Assembly: GCA_973895155.1 (NCBI GenBank)
Contig: OZ316895.1
Coordinates: 16,064,816-16,128,815 of the forward strand
From: Marsupella aquatica
Lineage: Eukaryota > Plantae > Marchantiophyta
DNA: 64,000 nucleotides
Direction: 5' to 3'
This document shows positions 49,601 to 64,000 of this stretch, piece by piece; the first letter of the stretch is position 1, and every line of letters starts with the position of its first letter. The notes under the pieces were generated by a model. The model made no database searches and was not told where the DNA came from. It saw only the letters and a program-made list of their open reading frames with translations. Made by a program: the position numbers and the translations under genes.

Positions 49601-52600
49601 TTACTGAACTTTCTTAGGATCATTTTTTTCCTCTCTCTTCTTGCGAATAAGCATGTAATGGTGTGCTGCATCATCCCTCGCAAAACTCCACCACAGGAAT
49701 GAGGAGGGTACTGCTGACAAAATCCACAGGGTGTCGGGATCAAGCACTTCCCACAAATAGCTGAAATCATATAACCTGAAGAACAGCATAAGTGGAGCAA
49801 CCAGAGCAATCGACCACAGCTGAAACCGTCCTGGGTGCTTTTTGATTGCAGCCCATGTGATCCAAAGAAGATACTGAGCCGAGCCTATCAGGATGCAAAC
49901 CAGGGTATTCAGACCTGCACAAAAACAGGTATTGCGTCATTTTGTCAGTGGCAGTAACTACGTATCAGTTACGGGTAAGTATATAGAGAAGTGAGAAATG
50001 ATCAGATGACAAGGTGGGCACATTAAACCTCAGTCCCCAAAAAGTTTTCCTATGAACGGTTGTTATAGAAAAAAGACAAAAAAGGAAGAGGTTGGTTAGT
50101 CAGCCACAAGCGAAAAAAAATAAACGAATCTGAAGCACGTCTGTTCTTAACATGTTCCGAGAATTCCAAGGTCGGAGGCAAGGAGAGAAATCACGAAGAC
50201 ATTCAATCAAAAGTAGTGAAAGAGCAAATGGGACGTTGAAAGCACTAGAGGGCCAATAGAAAACGGAGGAGTGAATACACTGCAGTCCGATGAACACAAA
50301 ACTACTAGATAGTCAACGCATTCTAACGCACAGAGAAAGAAAAAAAGATTCTAAAAACGATGAATGAAAGAAAGAAAAAGTATATTTAATGGACGGAAGA
50401 TTACATGTCGAGCCATAAAACCCAAAGAGAACTGGGAGCAACTACACGATAAACAAGAGAATGATGTGGAAACATGGATCCAACGGGAGATAGAAACCCA
50501 AACAGATGTGGCCAGCGTTGCTACTTTACAGAGGAGACGGTTAGATCACATGTGAGAGGTGTTACCGTAGTCAAAGGTGCACAAATTAATATACATAAGA
50601 TGGGGCCAAAGAAAGGCTAGGGTCGGAGTTAACACAATAACTCGCGCCTGCTCGCTTCTCATGTTACCAACTCGCATTATTGCAAGAATAAGGGCATACC
50701 CTGCAAACAGCACCTCCAAGGTAGCGTCGATGTGCTTATCGATGGCCATGTTCCTACATACAGTTCTCAGGATTATTACCACGATATTCGCCGGCTTCAG
50801 CTCAAAAGAATGTACTGTCAAATATGTCAAATAAGTTATGTAGCATCAGCGACTTGATATGCAAATGAGGCTCTTGTAGCTGTCTTGAAAGTCGACAAGA
50901 ACTTGCACCAGAGGCCCCAGCCTTCCCAAAGCACGAGGAAATGCATTGACCCGAAAAGTGCTCAGAGTCTCTCACCTCGAACGAATGATACATTGGGCTA
51001 ACCAATATACTGTTGAAAGAACGCCATATATTGTCCAGACACCTACAAATGGATAGTAGGGACGACGAAGACTGGGATGCAATGGCAGGCTACGGTGAAC
51101 AAACTTTAGGAATGTTAGAAGGCCAATGAGATTCATCAAGAGGTTCAAAGCTGACAATGCAGCGGACGCTGGTTCCTGCACCGAGAGTACACAGACAGTG
51201 GCAGAGGATCCTCAATACACAATATTATCAGGGCTGCATTTTCAAAACTGAGCGAACTCCATGGTAGAGAAACACTGTATAATATACTATGCCTTCTTGC
51301 ACCCTCTCTAGAATCAGCGTTACAGGCGACTAAGCAAGCTTCAAATTGAACTGTACACCATCTCGAGTGAAGCCAGACCTCACATTGATCAATCTCAGAT
51401 CTAGCTCTGGTATGAAGGCAGATGCTGCGAGGTGCCTGTACAGATGCTTCGAGCTTTGCTGCAGAATCCAATAAGGTGCATTAATGGTTGGTGTGAGTTC
51501 CAGATAGTTAACAACAGAACTTTGATTGGCAAACAATGGTTCCGACATTTTGTGAGGCCTCCCTGAGCTATCTAATTGTGATCAAAGCTAGAAGACCCTC
51601 AGGCTTAGAGGGTAGATGGGAGGATACAATGTCTTTGCATCTTACTTGGTGAACCATTACACGGGCCAAGCACCAGTTATCTCTGTAACCTATCGCCTCC
51701 TGTTCAAGACCTGCTTCTTCAGCTTCCTTACTGAGCTTGCAGTGGTAGCCACATTCCGTGCTACAAATCCACTCTTTCCACCTTTGATACACAGGAAGCC
51801 TCTGCATTGCAACATCTCTTGTCGTATTGCTGTGGCGACAGCTGGGAAGACAGCTGCTTCCCGCACACCCAGAGACTTCACAGGTCTTCAGACATGACCT
51901 GAAAATCAATAACTCACTGATGAATATTTGTTTCATCGCTCCAGTTGTTCAGGCAACGGGGTGCTAGAATGTAGACCACCAAACTGGCCTCAAACTGCGG
52001 ACGGAAACTTGATTTGACAGCTACTAACATTGCGATGATGGGCTATGGTGCTGAGAATTTCAATTAAGCACAGTAGGAAGAACCTGGACGCTAGATACAA
52101 GGCTTCGGCCAACAATCACGCCAGTCCTTGAAAACTCAATCCTAGGAAAAAACTCGAATGAAAGCAGTTTCTATCTGTAGGCTCTCGCACAATCCAAACC
52201 AATCCACTCAAATCCGGAAATATCGGGAAACGGTGCAAGTCAAGAAAATACACGATCGCCACGCTGTCTCACACCTGGTGATTTTCATGATTTGACCGAA
52301 TTTAGTAGAGAACCTTGTGAATGTGAGGTTCTAATGTGATAGGGTTCGGTTACGGATTGCTTCATCAAGCTCAACAGTCCATAGAAACTGTTGAAGAGCT
52401 GCGCGAACAAGTCCACTGCTGACATTTTCACAGTTGCCAATTCTTCTCCTCTCTATCAAACAAAGGTCGGCAACGTGACAAGATGAGTTTGAAAATGATG
52501 CAGGTAAGGCGAACACAAATCCAGAGAGTGGTGTGACTTTGGTAACGACCTTGGGACGGTATACTACGTCTGGACGTAAGCTCAAATCTAGTATGACAGA

Positions 52601-53173
52601 GCTCCGCACGTGGCACCTACCCGTGGTGAATTATCACTTGCAGAACTTGCACAATTTGTGATGAAGGCTAGGTGTTAAATCCCTTGAAATTGCGATTCTC
52701 TATGTACTTTCATATCCTTGGGAAATTGTGATTAACGTAGAGCCTGACGGTTCTAAAAGATCATGAAGACAAATACTCCGACGCATGAAATTACCCCGGT
52801 ATCCATATCTCTGGACACGGTATAGTTTACGACAGCAACTACCCAGACATTCAAACTGTCGCAGTAACGGAGTACATACGAATCAACTACGACACGCAGG
52901 ACACGCAAGCTCACATGCAGTCCGCCAAATGCAATAAGGGTTAAGGGGAAAGCGTCATGAAGCATTGGTTTTATGACGCTTTGGGAGATCGGCAGTTTCA
53001 ACCCGCCTTAAGAATCAAAGTGAGTACCAAAATTGTGCTGACTCGAAAGGTTGGACGAATAGAGAGAGTAAATCGTACTCGAAATTGATGTCGGCGCTCA
53101 CTTGGCACGACAAAAGGACAAGTGCACAAACGGCGGCCGCCAATGACCAACGCCAGGATCCAACACCTTCCAT
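49601..53173 (-). CDS. Per1/PGAP3-like (CREST family) membrane protein, divergent; exons 53173-53079, 51898-51646, 51175-50976, 50753-50566, 49914-49601
   Basis: Signal peptide; Cys-rich domain CLKTCEVSGC..WICSTECGYHC; QEPASAALSALNL; NMRSEQARV; FDYGLN; LWWSFARDDA; in-phase GT-AG introns. Confidence 0.88.
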
Positions 53174-54534
53174 CTGCGCCAACTTACGAGTCTCCAGAGC
53201 AGGTCTCCGTATTTTCTCTGAATCTCGTCGATCGCAACGCAGTTTACGCTTGGCGGGTCGGGTTCTCACCTCTGATTAGCTTCTCTTACTTCCTTGGATT
53301 CATTTATCGTTCCTCTAACTGGTCTAGTCCTCCGACAACTTTCCCTGCCTCTTCACTGCTGAAACGAACCTTTCTATCCGACAATAGTCATCTATCCTGA
53401 AGACTATCTCCTGAGAAACTTTTACATCTCGATTCTCTTTCTCGCTACGCAAATACTTCCGGTCTCCAGTGGCTACTCGTCTAGAGAAAACGATTGACTT
53501 ATTAATTGATTTTAAAACTTCTAAGATAATCAATAAGGTTTCAGCTCGAGTTGTCCTGAGCTCGTGCTTGAATCCAACCGCGCGTGCCTAGAGCTGTCAT
53601 AGACCCCTCTGACTGTCTAAAACGACAACAGTTGCTTTGTACAGGTCCAGCACGAAAACCATTTGTGTACTTCCTTTACGATAGTGTCCCTGCCCGAACA
53701 GTGAGAAACCACAGATTTACCTCGCTCTCTCACTGGATTGATCCAAAAGAGTCTCTCGACGGAGCCTCAATGAACATTTCTCGGGTTGAATGGAATAATA
53801 AAGTACTATAATAGAAGATCCTGGCGTCGCTGCCTTGGCTTCAGATGCTCTACTCCTCTACACGCTTGACAGAAATAGCTCAAAGTCCAGCTGCGTAAAA
53901 CCACACTCCTCTCCGCTAAGCTAGTCACTCAGTCGATCATATCCACAAATCTTCACCCTTCGACAACAGCTGCTCCCGAACCAGGATGCCAGATACACCT
54001 CCAGAGGGATCAATCGACCGACCAGGACCTGATTCGACGGACGCTACGGAAAAAAAAACCTCAAGCTCCTCGTTGAATCACCATTTAGTATTTTACAGCC
54101 ATTACCGAAAATGCCCTTGCATCATGCACGACAGAAGCTGCAGTAGTGCTGCAATGACGTCCCCACCACCACCATTCTCACGAGTAGTTCCACACCAATC
54201 CAGTCGCCTTCGCAGTTAATGCAGAGTGCCAGTTCTTCCGCATTATACGCCCTGCTCCTGCTACTGTGCAGAATTTGTCAGTCCGTCGCCCAATTTTCCC
54301 TCCATTCGGGTCGTTGTCCTCTGCGCCACAATAATAATAACATTTCCGTTCACGATTCGACCATATTTATTCGAGCCGAGAAAACTCCCGCAACAAAGGG
54401 AGAAGATCATGTCCCGATGAGAGTCCACGAGCCCTTTACGGGGAGCACTTTAATTAACCGTGTATAAGTGCTCCGTGTATAAGTGCATTTGGTGGGTAAT
54501 GAGAGGGTGGTTGTGTGGTCTTTTTAACAATATC

Positions 54535-54895
54535 GCACATGACAAAAGATGTTGTTAAAAAAAAATATGTCATGTCCCCAAAGATGTTGTCAAGAAAAAA
54601 AGTGTCATGCTGCCAATGATGTTATTAAGAAAATATATTTTGTGTCGCCAAAGATGTTGTTAAGTAAAGAGACGTTGTTGTGCCAAAGATGTCGTTATGT
54701 CCAAGATGTAGTCAAGTAAAAGATGAAGTGTCACCAAAGATGTTGTTGAGTATTGATTTTTGGTTAAGTACAAAATGGTTGATAAGTAAAGGGATGTCAT
54801 TAGTCAAAGACGTTGTCAAGTAAAAGATGTTCTTAAGTACAAAATATTGTTAGTAAAGGATGTTAAGTAAAAAAGTTGTTAAGTAAATGATGTAC
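54535..54895. repeat. Array of AAAGATGTTGTTAAG-like short units; related reverse-orientation array at ~1550-1810
   Basis: Repeated AAGATGT(T/C)GT motifs, and ACATCTTT-type motifs near the window start. Confidence 0.75.
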
Positions 54896-54909
54896 ATTGT
54901 TGCCACTTT

Positions 54910-55415
54910 TTTGTCACCCCTTGCATCCTGGATCCCATTGGTAACCCCAAAGTATTGGTTATTTTAAGCTTTTTACTTAAAGTTACCATGGCCGCTTACT
55001 TGGCTTTGGCCACCCCAATGCTGAGCAGGATGTCGAGACCCCTTGGGACAATGGCATGGCTTGGCTGACTGTTCAATAACCTTTCTTTGCTACCCCTTGC
55101 ATCTTAGAACCCCATTGGTAATCCTAATTTTTGGTTACTTTAAGCTTCTTACTTAATGTTGCCAAATTGCTTAATTGGCGTTGGCCGCCCCAATATCGAG
55201 ACCCCCTTGGGTAACGACGCTGTTTGGCTGACTTTTCAACGGCCCTTTCCCTGCCCTTGCATATATCCTGGAACCATTTGGTAACCCCAATTTTTTGGTT
55301 ATTTGAAGCTTAGTTTGCTTAAAGTTGGTTGCGGTCGCTTCATGGCTCAGCCCACTTTTCAGCAACACAATTGAATTTTCCCTACCCCTTGCATAGAACC
55401 CCTTTGGTGACCTCA
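54910..55415. repeat. ~160-175-bp tandem repeat, 3 units plus a partial
   Basis: CCCTTGCAT....GAACCCATTGGTAA repeated at ~54918, 55094, 55254 and 55386; TCGAGACCCCTTGGG-like occurs twice. Confidence 0.8.
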
Positions 55416-58400
55416 TCCAAATTTACTCAGCTCCTTACTCGCCAACACCATGCACCATTGGGGTGGCAGTGTGGTTTGCAACACTTTCCAACATTAGATG
55501 TTTGAAAGGAGGTGGTCCTCTCATATACAATTCTAGGGACCTGCCACCCCCGGACCGACTTTGGTCCCAAGATTTTGGCTCCCACCCCATGCCTCTTCCT
55601 GTGCTAAACAAAGTGGCAAGACATAGCAACAACTGAGGGCTTGTTGGGAAGTTGGAACCCAAGTCAAGATTGAGTTAGGGTTGCGGATGGGACCCTGGGG
55701 TCTTGGGTTTCATTCAACCCCGGGATGTTGGTCTAGTGTATTTTTAAACAATTTTTTATTTTTAGCCAGTGTGGCAAATGTCAGCCTCTCAAAGGTAGGA
55801 GATGCTAGGAATTTCTTCATCAATTTCTCTTGAATTATATCTTGATTGTCAGGTATCTCTAGATTTAATACCATTATTTTGGCAAATGGGGTCCATGATT
55901 TGGTGGGAGAGTGGCAAATGGTATGCAGAGAATCTAGCAAATTTTTGGCAAAAGTGGCAAACACGTTTTGTGGAGGTGGAATTGGCAAAAGTTTGCACCT
56001 AACAAATATGTTGTTTGGATCCAGGCAAGGGCCAAGCTCATCTCAGGAGTCGGCGTCGCTTCCTTGTCACTCTCCCATGTCGTCTTGTCGCTCTCCCTCA
56101 TCGCTCTCCCTCTTGTCATCACTCTGTCCTTGTTGTAGCTTAAAAGCCCTCATGAAATGCCATTAACCCCTTATGAGCTCACATAGGACCTTGGGCTTGG
56201 TGTAGAGAGCTCCAAAGGGAAAGAAGCTATGTACTCTCTCTTAAAAGTTGTACAAGTTGTACCCTGCTGGTACAATTGTATCTCCTTACATGACCTCTAC
56301 CCCCTCTATACCTTGTACCTGGGGCTCCAAAGGGGAATGAGCTAGTATGCCCCCTCCTTCTTCTGTACCTGCCTTGTGCCCACTCATACCCGGCCTGTAC
56401 CAGGTTTCTTCGCCTCCCTCGTCCCTCCTTTGTGGTTACTCCCTCCTTTTTTCCTCTTATTGGTTCCATTTTTACCTGTTTCAATTTTTCTCACCCAAAA
56501 GGACACACCAAATTTGAATGACCACCATGCCATTTTTTGGCGCAACCTCTTATTCTAGTTCTTGATATAAGAAATCCAAAACTAGGGTCCTTTTCTTCAG
56601 AACCACTTCTAACATCAGGAAAAAGAGAAGAAAACACAGGAGCAGCCCTCCAACATATCAAAAATTCCCCTCCTCCTAACAAGAATCCAAAACCTACAGA
56701 AATCTTTTCATCCCAATGTGTATTCCGCCTTGCCATGAAGTACTCTATGTAGGCATATAGTATAGTATAAAAAGCACACGTACCTTCCTAGTTTAAAGAA
56801 AGAACATCCCCTTGGATATCGTTTTTTGGTCAATCCAAATAGTCAAGATACCATGGCATGTTGGTTTTGGCCAAGGGCAAGGTGTGCCCTCAATGGCAAT
56901 GAACTCAAATATAAAAAATGCGGATACACCTATTTTCTAAACTCATAACTTTATATTTTGTGGTGCTTGTTTTGAAGAACTTTAAAACATTTTTGAGATC
57001 ATTCAATTGCCCAAAATAGTTTTCATGCAAGTCTTTCCTGCCGTGTTGTTCTTGTCATGTTGTGCCACTTTTTGTCGAGAAAGAGTCACTTGCCATCCCT
57101 GGTGAAGCAAGTCTGCCAATAGGTTCCATTGCATGTGCATTTTTGATGCCATGGCTATACCTATTGTTCATTTAACCAAATCACTAAATGTGAGTATAGT
57201 GATTTGGTTAAATGAACTCAGATATTATTTGCCTTTGCACTTTGGGGTCTCAAAGGTTGTTATTAGGAACATCAAGTTACCTGGCCTAAACATTGTGGTC
57301 CATCAGATGATTAATTGATTTCTGGCTAGGAGGTGGGTTTAGGGTTTAATTACTTCACAATCCCTGGAGTGCCGTACTCCGATCCGGAGTCCTGTATCAT
57401 CCCATCCTGGTAGCGAAACCCAAAATGGCACATCCAAGAGCTTGCTACGAAGTTCTAGAAGCAACACCTCTTTCTTGGAGGCGCTGTCGATTCGGAAGAT
57501 CGACGGCATCGGTGGGCTCGGACAATGTTGCTGCTGTCGAGCCACGGAAGTACAAGAACGGTAGAAGAACCAAATGCCACTGTACCGCGTGAAAAGGGCG
57601 CTGCGCTACTTTTTTTCCCTTCGAAGCGACGAATGCGTCTGCTCGAAGCCCGCGCTCCCGTTGCTCGCCTTCCCTTATCCTTCCAGGCCATCCATCCGCT
57701 TCCCGTCCGTCGCCTGGCGAGTCCACCGGGGCGGGTTTGTGGTGGTGGCAGGCAGAGAGCCTGACGGGACACAATTTCGCACGAAGAAGCAGCCCGAGTC
57801 ATCTGCAAAACACTTGATTCGGCGTCCGTGAGATGGACCGGCCTCCCTCGTACCACTGCCACTACCGCAGCCGACGATGGTGCTGATTTCGAGCTCCGCG
57901 CTCGACAATTTTGTCGAGTGAGTGGAATGCTGATCGGTGGGACATGGCCTTCTGAATTTTGATCGTGCTGTCGTCTCTGGCATTTTTGCTGGCATTCCTT
58001 TTGGTGGAGAAAATATTCATTCTGATGCGGGGGGATCATCGTTTTTTTTTTGGTCGTTGTTGTGGGACGCTGGCCATTTTGAGGGTGGGGTTGTATTCTG
58101 TGGTGAGGCTGAGAATGGCGCTGCCTGCCACTGTCGGGTAGTGACTTTGATGGATTTGATGGATTTGATGGCCGTGAGAAGTAGCAGTAGGAAGTGGATG
58201 GCGTTGTGCGCATTTAGGGCCGTCAGTGGTGCTGATTCTCTTTTTGGTTTATTTGAATACCTTGTGCAGTGCAGAGCAGACCTATTTGTGACAATTTTTG
58301 TTCATCCAGTGTCGTTTCAGACGCGGTGTGTGACCTAATTTTGGTTGAGGAGAAGGACGATATAGGCGAAGCAGAAATAGCCGATGTTTGACAAAGCTGA

Positions 58401-58632
58401 TGAGAATCCGAATTTTCTAGCTTCACTGCTGCGTCACGCTACTAGATAATGCTCAGAATTCGTTTATTCTATCCTGGGCTCCCGTAATAGGGTTCTTCGG
58501 CAGCAAGACCCATTTCATCTGGTGAATAACAATTGGCGCCCGGTGAAAGTTTAACTGCAAGTCCAATACATACAGGCCTAAGATTCGATTTCTGCCGTAA
58601 AATCTTCGTCACTTGGCGTGTAATACTTGGCA

Positions 58633-63908
<5,276 letters not shown>

Positions 63909-64000
63909 GTGAGTAGGAATCTCTGCTGCTCATGTGGTTGAGTTCCATCTTGACAGCATTCGAATGCTCGTTATGGATGCTATCACTTTTATGAGTTGCA

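Noticed and set aside
57455-58213. 252-aa minus-strand ORF
   Set aside because: Low complexity, no recognisable motif, and antisense to the GC-rich FtsH11 leader; likely a chance ORF.

Overview
Nuclear DNA of a land plant: spliced GT-AG genes, plastid-targeted CCS1 and FtsH11, and plant telomere-like motifs. A bryophyte/liverwort-like host is my inference, not shown by the sequence. The first ~40 kb is a repeat-rich accessory block. Its main element is an apparently intact two-gene DNA transposon: a 6-exon, ~793-aa DDE transposase on the - strand (9370-6097) facing a Cys-rich ORF on the + strand (~4543-5037) that resembles KolX/the P2X7 'ballast' domain. This is Kolobok (Kol0) architecture, which I do not know as described from land plants. 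The block also holds a degenerate CRE-clade RT+RLE retrotransposon, two MULE-type elements with TSDs, TA-flanked MITEs, a CACTA end, long palindromes, a captured OPR exon and a candidate small-ORF transcript. The last ~24 kb is gene-dense: CCS1, a truncated OEP16/Tim17-like ORF, a truncated SCD2-like gene, a PGAP3/Per1 paralog lacking its catalytic histidines, and the 5' part of FtsH11. All family calls rest on motif recognition by eye; no searches were run.
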